This document shows positions 22,950 through 36,267 of a DNA stretch of 51,630 nt, piece by piece. Each line of letters opens with the position of its first letter. Position 1 is the first letter of the stretch. A program made the translations under genes and the position numbers. The notes below the pieces were generated by a model, which did no database searches, had not been told where the DNA came from, and worked only from the letters and a program-made list of their open reading frames with translations. Source of the DNA: Octopus sinensis (taxonomy: Eukaryota); assembly GCF_006345805.1 (NCBI RefSeq), contig NW_021833842.1:1-51630 (forward strand). The letters are read 5' to 3'.

Positions 22950-23960
22950 TTCTTATGAATTAAACTTGGAATCATCCTTTGCGTATCCTGCTCAGAGCCA
23001 CGATACCCAACAACTTTCTGCGGACAATTTCTTCGCAACATCTGTGTTTCCGAAGCATAAACATTTCGGTAATACAGCCGTCGTCGAAAGTCGTCAAATC
23101 TCTCAAGGTGACTTCCACGTAAATGAGAAGTACAGAAAGGCGGAAAAAGTCTCTTTTTGAGCTGCTGACATTCGTTTAAAACCGCCTTGAGAGAGATGAT
23201 AAAACATGAACGAATAATTGTCTTAGCAAGCAGTGCCCCTATCATTCTGACTTAGTTATCAGCCAGGAAACTTTGTGGGACTCCGATAAGTAGGTTAAGG
23301 CGCACATAGTCAAAAGCTTTTGACATGTCGATACCGAGGTGGATCTGTTGAATCACATCGCCATTTTTGACTCTAGACAATATCCGCAGTGGATCTTCCT
23401 ACCCTGAATCCGCTCTGACTGGACGCCAGATATTCATTAACACTCACGTTATGTGACGCAGTACAACTAGCGATAGGAGTTTCCTCGGAGTGTTAGAAGC
23501 ATGACAGGACGTAAATATTCCACCGAGGCGGAGATTTTGTTGGCTTTTTGTATAGGAATAAGTGTGCCTGCCTCTAGTAGGAGTGGGTCCTGGGTAGTGA
23601 ACATATCATTGAATATGGTCACAATTTTGTCCATAAGTGACTTTGGACCATGCTTAATCAGCTCTGTATTGACAGTTTTTAAGTTTGCTAGTAGCTCAAA
23701 GACCTCCTCCACTGTGATGGGCCTGTCGGTGTGTGCGTCTGTGTTAATAAAAAGGAGAATGTCGTCCGTGGTTAATTTGAATTGATTTTCAAAATGATCT
23801 GATATTAGTTCGGCTTGAACAGTGAGGTCGTGAATAATTTTTCCTGTGTCATTGATGAGTTCGCTGTGTTTTTTACTTTTAAGTAGTCGTATGGTATAAA
23901 ACAGGGGTTGCAGGACTTTTGTCTTCACGGACCAAAATTTTATTTTTGTATGCGATCCGA
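22950..23960 (-). pseudogene. Decayed LINE reverse transcriptase
   Basis: PITVEEV...ELIKHG...LIPIQK...LRPVMLL, SQSGFRVGRSTADIV and GIDMSKAFD. Confidence 0.8.
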
Positions 23961-23964
23961 TCCA

Positions 23965-24090
23965 AATGAGAAAATCCTTATCGGTCGCAAAAATAACGAT
24001 ATACGAGAATCCTCTTGGCTAAGACAGAGGATCTCGTTTCGTTTGCAATCGTGAACGGTAACGCACAAAGTATCTGTTTTGCTTGGAACG
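23965..24090 (+). mobile_element. Short CRE-like 3' end
   Basis: DIRESSWLRQRIS...AIVNGNAQSI. Confidence 0.7.
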
Positions 24091-24169
24091 AATTGTTCCA
24101 AGGCAACGTTTGCAGATTTATTAGTTAGAAATGACTACAAAGAAGTGAATTTATTTTAGTCATTAATCT

Positions 24170-25560
24170 GACTAGTTGCTAAACGCAGTATATCGTTAAG
24201 ATGTGATCGGTCATCTCATTCTCAGACAATTTTACATTATTCATTTTGGAGAATAACTGTTCACATAAAAATGTGCTTCCAAATATACAAGTCATTTTTT
24301 TAGCATTGTCGGTTAATTGTGGATATTTTTTGACACATACAAAATTTTTGCAGAAGTTCAAAATCTCAATTCAGAAAAATATTTTGATCTAAGTGTAGTG
24401 TCGCATTGAATTTAAGGTAATTCCATTTGATAACAATCTGGTACTGTTTCAATTTCAACATCAATGGGATTGAAAAAATGTAAAAAAGATTTTTATAAAC
24501 CTACAAATTTGTAATAAGCATTTTACTCTTAAATCCATAAAACGTGATGAAAATTCTTATCTCAATTTCATACTATGTTTGCATATTCCGAAGCATCAGT
24601 CGGATTCGTAGAAAGAAATTCACAAAATGCGTCATATTTCCTTTTTGTATCTGTAATTCACACAACTTCAATTTATTTTCAAAAGCAATGATTTCGGCAT
24701 ACATTTGGTGTATAGATTTATTACTTCCCTGCAGTTACAAATTTGAGTCATTTAGATGTTATGTATCTACCAAAAATACCAATTTGGAAATATTCATGGT
24801 ATTTTGGAAATATGAAGCATCATAATTTATTCCTCAAGAAAAATTATGACATCTTTGTATTTGAATAAGCCTTTTGAGCATTGATCCTCTACTAAGCCAT
24901 CTGACATTACAAAATTATAAAAAATCCCCATATTCTTCTGCGTCGATTAAAAATTCCCTTAACTGCCGATGATTCAAGCCACGAGATAAAACAAAATTTA
25001 CTACATTAACAACAGAATCCATTGTCTTGCGTAATTTGACTGATTTGGCAACTACCGCCTCTTGATGAATAATACAGTGAATCTTGACTAAATTGTGCTC
25101 AATTCCAATTTTTTATTTCATTTTGGAGTAATGTAATAGTTCCCTTTTTGTTTCCAACCATAGATTGACCCCTATCTGTTGTAATTCTAACTAATTTTGA
25201 ATGCGGGAGATTTGAAAATGGTTTCATTCGTTTCGCAATTATCTTTGAAATTTCGTAATTTGTACATGTGATATCATCTTTTTTACATCTCAAATTATTT
25301 AAAAAATGTTGTTTGATTTTGTTCGAGGTTCTTAATTTCCTTTAAGCGAGATTCCCCTGAAAACTTGTTAAATTTTTTACAATGTCGCTTGATGTTATAA
25401 AGTTTTTGCACAGCAACTTTTTAGAAGCATATTAAGCATATAGGGTTTCTATTATCCTCAATAAAGAAATATTCATGAGTCCAATCTGGATTAAACGTAC
25501 GGGTTTAAAAATCTTTAATTCTTTTCGGACAATTCGGAATTCAAATTCACAAGACAAACT
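24170..25560 (-). pseudogene. GTF2IRD2/SPIN-type hAT transposase remnant
   Basis: KLVRITTD, IIHQEAVVAKS, RGLNHRQ, VRWLSRG and FGSTFLCEQLFS. Confidence 0.85.
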
Positions 25561-25655
25561 TATTAACAAGTTTAGAAATTTATTTAATTTTTAATAATAT
25601 CCCTGACACACAAAATATGGATAAAATTAAATTTTTGACAATAATTTTTTTGGTG

Positions 25656-25792
25656 TTAATCCCATTTAGTTTACTATTAATCCCATATTTTTTCGTATTA
25701 ATCCCACTTAATTTTCTGTTAATTCTTTTAGTTTTCTGCTAGTCCTATTTAGTTTGTGCTTGATTACACTTTTTCTGGAGTTAATCCCAAAT
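25656..25792. repeat. 21-bp-period minisatellite, 7 units with TTAATCCCA core
   Basis: Cores at 25656, 25677, 25698, 25719, about 25739, about 25760 and 25781. Confidence 0.8.
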
Positions 25793-26063
25793 AGTATAGA
25801 TACTACCAAGCAGTTTAGCTTGAAGACTAGAATAGTAGAGACTTTATGTAAATTTCGTTAATAATTTTTATTCTCAAGTTTAGGAATAGACGATTAAGAT
25901 TCGGATTTAATAAAAATTCGCAAAATACATCCCAGGCACTTCTACTCTTAAATTAAAAGATATAACCTATTCGATTATTTTTCATTTTATGAAACTATTC
26001 AATTATAATAAATTATTTTATATTAAACGTAGAAGATAAAATTTTAATATTAACTGCTGTTGT

Positions 26064-26580
26064 ATGCCTTTTTCATGTGTCACTAAAAGCGTCAAACATG
26101 CAACAAAATTTTTTAAGAGAGAACAACTCAAAAGGCAAACATGGGTAATAAAAATGTCTTCAATAATAAATTAGCGATACTATGAGAGAAATAGATACAT
26201 TCATAAATTACAAATTATGACTTCTAGACAAGCTTTAGTCAATTCTACTCGTCTTAGAAAGGAAAAGGCCAATAATAGTAAAATGGTAAAATGCATATTT
26301 TCATTTATAAGTTGTTTGAAACTCGACTCATTGGAGCCTGTTCGGAATTTGGTCTATCTCATTCTGATGTTTTGGAAGGACTTTCACAGGTGAAATTATG
26401 AACTAATATTTTTAGTCAAATATTTTTTTAGATAGGAAAATACTTTCTACTTTAGCAATATATGAACCACTATCTTTTAAAAGTTTAGTGGATGTCTCCT
26501 GTCAGCCTTTTGAAAATCTACAGCATATTCCTACCCACAAATCTACTGACTCAGAACTAGTTAAATTAAAAAATTGTTAA
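26064..26580 (+). CDS. MRPL20: Mitochondrial ribosomal protein L20 (bL20m), 4 exons
   Basis: Three 26-30 nt GT-AG introns give an open frame with LFETRLIGACSEFGL and LDRKILSTLAIYEPLSFKSL (compare human [20 protein letters not shown]). Confidence 0.88.
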
Positions 26581-26632
26581 GATTTTCAACATTTATTTGT
26601 ATTTAAGTGTTAAATAATAAATCTGTGATAAT

Positions 26633-28504
26633 CTAAAGCCTTGTTTCTTTCATTGACATGAAATTTATTTTCGATTTTTTAACTTTATTATAAAATGTTT
26701 CACCAAAAAAGAAAATCCCAATAGAAACAATTGAACAAATAAGTGGAAGGGAACTTAAAAACATATATGGGATTTTAGAAAATCTAGGCAATTTAAAAAC
26801 ATTTTTTACATTCTAAGCTCTTTTTTAATAGCCTGATCAATTATTATCCAAATTGCTAATCCACTACCCATAATGAGACCAAATATGGCGTTCTAAGTTA
26901 AACTTATGAAAATTAACATTCGGCGATATTCTTTTAAAATGAATTGCTGTCAAAAAACAGACAAGAATTGGTGTCCCAAAGCAGGATAGAATTGTAATCG
27001 CGACCTATATAGTTTAGATATGTTAAATACTTCAATTTCTGCTGCATCGTCCAACATTGGAGTAAAGGATAGTCCTGTGATTATGAGGCCAAATACGAGA
27101 CCTTTAAAGTCACAAAAATAAAGAAAACAAATCATTCGTGAAACAAAAAAGGATTTTCTTTCATACTCATCGTCGGTTATTGACTTTTTTAGTCGATCAA
27201 CAAAAGGTTTATATGCAACTGAAGAGACTGCATTTATACCAGAAGATAATGAGCTAATATGATATATATCTCCAAACCTGATGGCAGCAGAGAATAAAGT
27301 TGCCATAAATAAGCCGGAAATACCTTTATATTGAGTAAGGACATCGGTTACAACATAAAATAAAATCTAACATATGACCGCAATGTATACATATCGTTCT
27401 TCATATCCAAGTTTAATTAGCTTTTCTTTTGGAAAGACAATTTTGGCAGCAATCCCAGCACAAGCACATAACGTAAAGAAGATCCAATTCCCGATATGAT
27501 GACAGTAAAGTGCTCTTTCAGATTAATATAAAATAAACGTTTGAGCCCTTCGTGTTGTACCAAGTGCAAGATATCTTGAAATCATTGCTTGGTTAGTTCC
27601 ATATATGCTTGATGTTAACATAATAGAGCCTATTAAGTAGCTCAATAATCTTCAATTAACAAGATTTTTATAAAACCTTTTCGGATGAATGGTTTCAGTT
27701 GCCGCTGTTTTTTTAAATTCTTGTATAATGTCTGCTCCTGGTTGCCTTGAAGTAAGAATTAAAATGGATATTAGGCCAATTGCAATGAAAATCATTTGTA
27801 ACATGTCTGTCCAAACAACACCGCTAATGCCACCCTTTAAGTTATAAACAATATGTACTATTGTTGTATAAATCGTCACAATAACTGAAATTATTAGTAT
27901 CGACGCCCAAACCGGCCATCCAGTAACTATTAATATTAGTTGCTTTTAATATATAACTGATGTGTAATAGTTTTGCGGGCAAATATAAAACGACAGACAG
28001 GGATGCAGTCTAAAATGAAAAAATATCAAAAAAATCGTTTACAGTTTGTATTATATAAATTAGGGAACATAGCTTTTCCATTTTATCTGATTTATATCTA
28101 TTAGTTAAAATCTGAAATTATTTCATTATATAAGTCATACTTGATATCCGTTGATAAGATTATTTTCCATTAAATGTGGGATAATCAAATGTGCAGTTAT
28201 AAGAGTCCCCGGTAAATATCCAACTGCTAACCAAAAGTACGAAAGCCCCCCGGAATATATTCATATGTAACTCCGGTTATGAATATTGCTGATTGAAAGT
28301 TGGCAACCAATGATAAGCTGCATGCTATAACATTCATATTTCTACTTCCAACTAAATATTCCTCAAGTTTATTCTATTTTAACCAATTAGTTAAACTTAA
28401 ATTACTTTCACATTTCTCTTAGAGTACCAAATGACAATAGAGAAGACTATTGATAATAACGGAATCAAGGTAAATATAACTATATCTACAGTCCCAAAAA
28501 CCAT
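26633..28504 (-). CDS. SLC5 sodium:solute symporter (SMVT/SMCT-like), multi-exon, with two 1-bp homopolymer frameshifts
   Basis: EYLVGSRNM, GGISGVVWTDMLQ and ATLFSAAI...LSSGINAVS; many TM segments; tiny introns. Confidence 0.88.
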
Positions 28505-29299
28505 TTAAATTGTGCTGTTTTACACGCTTTTATATTGCATATTAATTTTTATCTTAATATGTGGTTAACGAGATTTTTCTAAAAACTGTAACTTTTTTTA
28601 CAGAGAACGTTATTCGATGTTATTTAAATATGCATATCTTAACGTTATTAATTTACAAAAAATGTATTTCTGTTTTAAACTAGTTACACTTTAACTCTGA
28701 TGACGTTACTTAAATTCAAAAAATCATTCAAAAGAATAAATTTATTGTGGTTATATAAAATTAATATTAGACGGATGGTTATGACAAAGCATGACTAATA
28801 TTTCGTGGTATTTAAATTGTATTAAATCATTTAAAATTTTACAAATGCATAAAACAAAATTTTAAAACGCATGATAAACTTTAATATAATTTAAAAATAA
28901 AAATTAAACTATCTTGGACACCAAGGACAACAAGCTATGTCACCCTTGAGGATGACCTCAAAATCACTGGGAAGCGCCTTAAGATGGAAAGGATCTCTAC
29001 ACTTTATGCCACGCGGCTTGGAATAGAATTAAATAAAGAAAGCTGCTCAGGGATCTGACTTATTGTGCCGCACATGCTTTGTCATGACTGATAACATCGC
29101 CTAGTACCGATAATAATAATCCCTGCTTCTCAGAAGGATCAATAATGTTTAGGTCTATATTCCGCTTTATATTATTTGTTACCACTTTGGAGTTGCTTCA
29201 TTGGTTGTTTTCAATTATAGACTCTTGCAGTCTTTTCATTTATTTCTAATTCTCGTTTAATGTGATAGGAGAGTGAAAATATTTTTTAAATAGCAGCCG

Positions 29300-30250
29300 A
29301 CATACAGTCGGTCGTGCTTCAGGAGATTTCTATTTTAGAGTCTGATATATAATTAAAGACAATTATCCATTTTGGATTCTCTTAATTGCTCTAAACTGGG
29401 GCGGCCAATTAGAAATGCCTCGCTAACAAATTTTATAATACTAAAGGAAATTGGCCCGAAAACAAATTTACTGCCCCGTGGGACATTAGTGAATTATTTT
29501 TGTATTTATTGTGACTCAAAAGATTTTCAAGCTCGTAAATTTAATGCAGATTTGACTTAGGACTATCTTATATAGAGAATAATGAAAAACATTTTTTAAA
29601 ATAATTTTAGCTTTAAAAATAATATCGTATGTACTAGTTCCTAAATTTCAAAAATAATTGCAAAACAAATGAAGCAAACAATGAAGCAAATATATCAAAG
29701 AATACTTAACTGTAGTTGCAGAAAATTTATTTACCACCAAACAAACACTTTTGAGTCTAGCGCTACACGCCATTTCTAACGAATATCCTATCAATCAAAA
29801 AATCATAATTTGTGAAGACCTAAATACAAAGGATTCAATTTGGCTCACCGGTCAAACCGCAGATCAAAGAGGTATACAACTATGGCCCAAAAGGAAGATC
29901 TCTTGATTTTGAACAACTCCCGCCTTTATATGAGATGCGGATTAAAGCCAAATGATTAAAACACATCACCTGACTTTACACTATGTTCACCTACGATTTT
30001 ATCTCGTACAATATCACGTCATAAATAGTAATCTACGGCCTTCCATCTGACTAGTAATAGGTTCTAATCAATATCGACCTCCTCTCTCCAAGGGACAACA
30101 ACTGTAAATCAATTATTAACTACAAACGAGCATGATGGGCTGCCTATCAAATGGAAACAGAAAGTGCACTACAAAACCTTTAAGTAAAACGCACCTCCCC
30201 TTATCAATTAATTCGAATCATTGCTAAGCAGGAAAATCCGTTTACACCTA
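29300..30250 (+). pseudogene. LINE APE endonuclease remnant
   Basis: VVLQE, IIICEDLNT..SIW, RG, LILN, SPDFTL and NYKRAxW. Confidence 0.65.
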
Positions 30251-30874
30251 TCAAGAGTTCGCATAGGGCATCAAGATGACTTCATGCTCTAAGCCACCTC
30301 AAGAAATATCAAGGAATTCCGGGCTACAATACCATTAAGAAAAATACTGTAACAGCGACAGACGGTGAAGATAACCTAGAAAGTGTGCATAATATTGCTG
30401 AATCAACAGAGCCAGACCGTAAAGACATTCCCGAAACATGTAATAAAACTTTATTATTTTACAAAAGGTGAGTACAAATTTGATTTTCTTTTGGTAGACC
30501 TGACTTCTGTTTATTATAAAAGGATGAATAAAAAGATTCTAATAATTAAAAAAGAAGAAATATCGCTAGAAATGGTCTCTTGACAAGAGGAACGAGAACG
30601 ATCCCTCCAAATAAAAAATCAGTAGAGTAGTTTCTTAGTAGGAAGAGTCCATTGTGGCTATCAACACAGGCTAACTTTTATAAAAGAGGTAGAATTCGGG
30701 CACCATTGCTTTTATGTCAGGCTCACGTTTCACTCAGATGGGCTATCGGAGTGACTCAGATTTATCCAACACAATATATTAATTTTTGACCTTATAAAAT
30801 TATATTATTTTTTATCTTAATAATTTAAATATTTAATATATTTAAAACTGATATAGAGTCGGTGTGGAATTTTT

Positions 30875-33800
30875 ATGATGGAATCTCGCGAGGCTCGTAA
30901 ACTCAATGAAATTATTTGTATTTATTTTCGATCTTTATTATTTTAGATGATTTTATAAATAACAAATTTAAAAGGGTTATCAATGAAACTCAAAAATTCA
31001 TATCTGAATTTCGCTACAATTTAAAGGCTAAAGTAAGAATTACTGATTTTAAAATATTTTAGGCTATAAGAGGGTTTACATTTTATAAAATAGGAAAAAG
31101 AGCTGAAGGGATGAAATTAATAACTTTTGTTCACCAACATTTCTCTAATGAAGAACAACTTTATCGAATTATGATTGACAATTATAAATATATTCAAAGA
31201 TGTAAAAAATCAAAAATAAAGTTCTTAGATGATTTAATTTTTGAATACACAAACAAAATTTTAGAAAATGGAGTTGATTCCGAGAGTCAGTACTTAGCTA
31301 TATTATTCTCTTATGTTTCTCATTATCTTTGGTCTGGTATTTTGCCAGACTGTGGAGCTCTGCTGAGTCAAATGTATAAAAAGTGGCCAAATAATTTATA
31401 CAACTCTTGGAAGCTTGTATTTATTTATTTTCAAGTAATCTGTTTATTTATATTAACAGGCCATTGATTGTATCGATTTGTCGAAAAGCGCAAAACTTTC
31501 TACACTTTGTGTTAAAATGGCTGAAAGAGATAAAAATATTTCCTTTGCCTCTGAAATAATTTGGAATATTCTTAAATTTCAAAATAATTATTTAGAAATG
31601 GCGAACCATATCGGTTTATATTTTTAGTATTTGATTTTAAAGAAACGAGAAAAATTGACCAGAGGCTAACTCGCTGTAAAATTTACCGGGAACTCAAAAA
31701 GTGGGAAGAACTACAAAATCTTTGCGAATCTGCTTTGATCCAAAGGTTGTTTAATAAATTTACACAGTGTGGACGATATGGATATTATTCGTTATTATTT
31801 TGAGAGTCTATCAGCTCTATGGACCGACAATAAGTATTTTATTTGTTTTAAAAGTAGCGGGCTCGTGGATGTATCGAACGTGGATTTAGAATCGTCCAAA
31901 CTTCAAAATAGACTGTTTGATCTACACGGAAAATCAAAAACCGGCAATTTTTTTGGTTCTTAATTAATAGGATTACTGTTATGGAAGTTGGAATTATTTC
32001 GGGCATGTCCTACAATTTTTTGTAAAGATATTTGCTACTCTATAATGGTTGAGTATTTCCGTGTATTGGGTCATCAAAGACCTTCATGTTGGGCTGATTT
32101 GAATTATTATGTGTCGCATTTTGAATTGGATTGTCTCGATTCTGTTTTAACTTGTTTATATTATTAATAGGTCTATGAAATATTTGATACTAGTGATAAA
32201 TATGCTCTGTTTCTATGTGATGATTGTTTTGTATAAAATTGAAATGCTGATGTTTTTAGTCATATAATGCAGTGAAATTTCAATATGTGACTGGAAGATA
32301 TTACAATGAGGATTCACTAGAATTTGCTCTCAATATTATTAAACTCTCATTGAAGAAAGGTGGATTTGTTTGATAATTATTTAAGAAATATATTTGGAAA
32401 TTGGATTGGCATTGATGCTTGACATTGTTGAATCCACTGGTTTTATCGGTTTTAGAGTGTAGATGTGATGAATCAATATCATATTAATATATTGTTGGCA
32501 TTAAGAATTCTATGTATTTATGCCACAAGAAATTTTCCATTAAACTATAAATTTTGGTTTTTTGTTCTTCGTGTTTATAACATGATTGGTTTGACATGTA
32601 GAATATTTTATAAATAGGATTCCCATTTTATCATGAATGTATTTATAAAAAACTTGAAATAAAAAATCTTCAATTTGAAAGTATCGGGTAATCTATTTTA
32701 TCCAATAAATTATATTTAATAGATTTCATTTTATAAATTTGATTTTACTTGAGGGTTGTTCTTCATCTTTATTCTCAAAATTTAATACATTTTACGCCAG
32801 CACATTAAACCAGGTTAGTATAATAATTTATCTTTCAATAGACTGCTGAAATTTTTATTTTATCTTTGAAAAATCTTCATTTTAATAACGTTTATATTAT
32901 CCAAATTTATTTGTAGCTTCCAGAGGCGGTCGAACTTTGTAAATCTGTATCCAAATCACAACAGGGAGCTTTGATATTCACAGAATCCTATTTTTGCAAT
33001 ATTTTTGATTCGCTGACAACGTAAGAATTATTTCAACTAATTTTAGATTTTTTAACTTTAAGTCAATACTTCCTGATTTGTATTATTTTGGAACATCTTT
33101 GAAATATTCTTATAGTGATTTATTCACAAATAATCGCGACTATTTTTCGTTCGAATTGATTTCTAATAGATCTCGGTATTGATCTGGATTTATATTTTAG
33201 TAAATTTATAGAGAAAGTATCCATATTGTCAATTAATGAGCAAGTTGGTCGTATTTGTATATTGTAGGAAATTTATCTTCGATTCCGCATTCTGCTAAGT
33301 TGTCTAATGAGGGAATTAATCACTTTTTCTATTCCCGAGTTTTGTTTGCTTTCTCGTGACAAATATTTGGATAAATGTTGTGAATTTTCATATCTGATTT
33401 ATCAATATTTTGTTGATTGCCCTCCACAAGAACAATTCGAAAAATTGAATGTATTTAATTAATTAAGTAGATCTTAACAAATGTAGAGTTCTTATTTTGT
33501 TGAAAGTCCATATCGACATTACCATTATTATAAATTCGGAGAAATAATTCATTCTCTTGTAGCAATACTTTTTTCAGTTTATTCAAACGAATTCAAATCA
33601 GGTTTATATTTTTATATTATATTTATAGATTCTTTTATTTCTGCATGTGATGATTTAAAACTCCTGATAGGTTATTATTAACATTCCAATTTATATTAGG
33701 AAAAATAAATGAAAGAAATACAACACTTGTAGATGTGTTCCCATTATCAAAGTCTCTGCTTAATGTTCAAATTCAAGTAGTAATTAATAATATATATTAT

Positions 33801-34246
33801 TTAAGATATTCAAAGTTATATCAATGTTTCTTGCAGTTATTGTCAGAATTGAGGAGATTAAGCACAATTCCGAAAGAAAAATAAAAGTAATTCATTGTTA
33901 TTATTATCAGTTTCCTTTATGTTTAAATTCAGTTTTTGAACAAGTGAAATCAGTTTGTACATTTCTTTACAATCAATGTACTTCGAATTCGACCACAGAC
34001 GGATATTTGACTAACTCGTACAGTATATTATCTCACTTTGACATCATTGAATATATGAATGTATTTTTATGCTAATTTATTTAGTTTACTGATTGTGATG
34101 ATGTAAAAAATGCTGCCTGTTTTAGAAATTTACAGAAAAATATTGTAGAAGAAGAAAAGGAGTTTGTAAATAATTTATTCGACAATAAACGGGCTGATTT
34201 ATATCGGCTAATTAAATTTGTGGAGTCATTATCTGTATCAATTTAG
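30875..34246 (+). CDS. NAA25: NatB auxiliary subunit, many 22-35 nt introns
   Basis: Spliced frame matches human NAA25 throughout: RKLNEIYDF, YKKWPNNLYNSW, LWKLEL, EYFRVLGHQRPSCWADL, PLNYKFWFFVLRVY and YKKLEIKNLQFESIG. Exact exon count not verified at the 3' end. Confidence 0.88.
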
Positions 34247-34496
34247 TGATTATCATTCCCTGTATTTTATTTCCTATTATCACTTCTTTTAATTAATGAT
34301 TGTTTCACAATAATATTTTCTTGTTTTCTTATGTAATCTATAACAGTTCCAAAAGCTTAATGTGGTATCTGTAATTAACGTCTCTGTCCTGGGAAGGAAC
34401 AGAAATGATTTCACTTCACTGTTATTTTACAAAATTGCTATTACTAATACTTTGTCAGAGAATAAATGTCTTTGCTGTTATTTCATCTATTTAACC

Positions 34497-34555
34497 GTGG
34501 ATCACGTGACTTTTGTTTTGACTCTTACTGTGGTCTTGGCGGTTAAATAAATAAA
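34497..34555 (+). mobile_element. Short retroposed fragment sharing the SINE 3' tail
   Basis: GGATCAC...ACTGTGGTCTTGG...AAATAAATAAA matches the 3' end of 12535-12955. Confidence 0.6.
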
Positions 34556-36267
34556 CCATTGCATAATCGAAATAAATTGTTTTAAAAATAGAGAAGCCTC
34601 ATACTAAAAAGATTAACGAAGAACAATCAAATATTTAATCAATATTAAATAAGATAAACATTACTAATCAAAAAAGAAGCACATATTCACTGTCGAATCT
34701 CACTGCTATCATTCCGGCCGAAGGTTCCATGCATATTACATGCACCCTGGATTGACGAGTGACGCCGTCATCAGTGATTTCACTGCGGAACCGGATGTCT
34801 ACATCAGCCACAGCACGAGAGAAAAATAGATGCGGGGGGACAGCTCGTTTGGATTCGTTCGTTTGGATTAGTTAGTTCCTAATAACATGTTCTCTCTTTC
34901 TATCTTGATCTTATGTGGCTGGCCAGTGCGAGATTTCACATTAAGTTGCGATCTCGCGGAACGGCTGTATTGATTATTATTATATTCACTGTTATTTTAC
35001 CCATTTTCTAACATTGAGGATTAAAACCCTCCGATAAAAATCCTTATTTATATGTATTTTCAATAATACTAAAAAATATACTAAACGAGTTTAAACATAG
35101 ATTTCAAGAAAATTACAATATTATGCAGTTTCTTTGCTTTCCCCTTATTGAAAAAGACATCGAAAATGTTTCAGAAATTTTTTATTTAACTGAATTAATT
35201 TATATGATAGTTTTTTAATAGTTTTTATTATTTTGATTCATTTTATATCTTAAGCCATCTGTAAAAAAAATAACAAAATACAATATACCTAGTTTATAAA
35301 ATCTCAATAATGTATAAATCATAACATAAACATAACTAAGAATAAAATCTTTAGATCATCGGTCTCATATAAAAATATAATTTTTTCCAAACGGCTTGAA
35401 CACCAGTTGACTGTCATTGCAACAAAAATGTAAAAGATTCCTTTCCATTTATCTATAAAGGAATATTTTTATAAACGACTATTTCGACTTTTTTTATTGT
35501 ATGACACGAGTCAAAATTAAAATATTGAATAACATGAGAGTAAATACAGATTTCTGAAAAAATATTATTTATGATATAAAAGCACCTGGATTCCATATAA
35601 CTTAGCTGTGATCATCTAAAAGCGAGAAAACTTTAATTTTAATAATTTGGCATTGATGGATTTCTCTATTCGACATTGATGAATTACTATTAGTACATAG
35701 TTTTTTGCGCAAATTCACTTCATTAAAAAGTTCAGCTACAAAAATAATTGCTAAACTAATACCATTTACAAATTTATACTTAGGATTTACAAAGTTGGTA
35801 ATGTTTCAAAGGTTTACTTATAAATTTATATTAGGAAGTTTAAATGCATAGTGAATCAAATCAATTTTGTTTTTATAAGATTCTTCCATCTTGAAGCTTT
35901 CATTTTTTGATTTTGAAGCGAATCTCGATTTCAGAGATCAGCAATTTAAAATGTTTTTTTGGAAATATGCTGTTTAAAACGGATATTATACATATGGGGT
36001 TTGACTTTAGGCTTCTCTTTATAGGAACGTATCAAAAATTCATTTTTTTTTCACGTGCATGGTCCTTAACGTCTTCTTAAGAACGACCAACTAGATATAT
36101 GCTTTGGTTATTTATTTTATGAGAGTCTAGGTCACTTTTGTAGTAATCTATGACAATTCCGTTTCATGTTAGCACAACTGTGGTTTTTTGCGCGATAAAC
36201 ATGATGAGTAAATTGCATTCCCATACATCCCCCACAAAGACGATCTTTTTTAAAAAATATGCTAATC

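Noticed and set aside
22404-22963. Orphan ORFs 22404-22676 and 22742-22963
   Set aside because: No recognisable motif, no clear start context, and they lie between LINE remnants.
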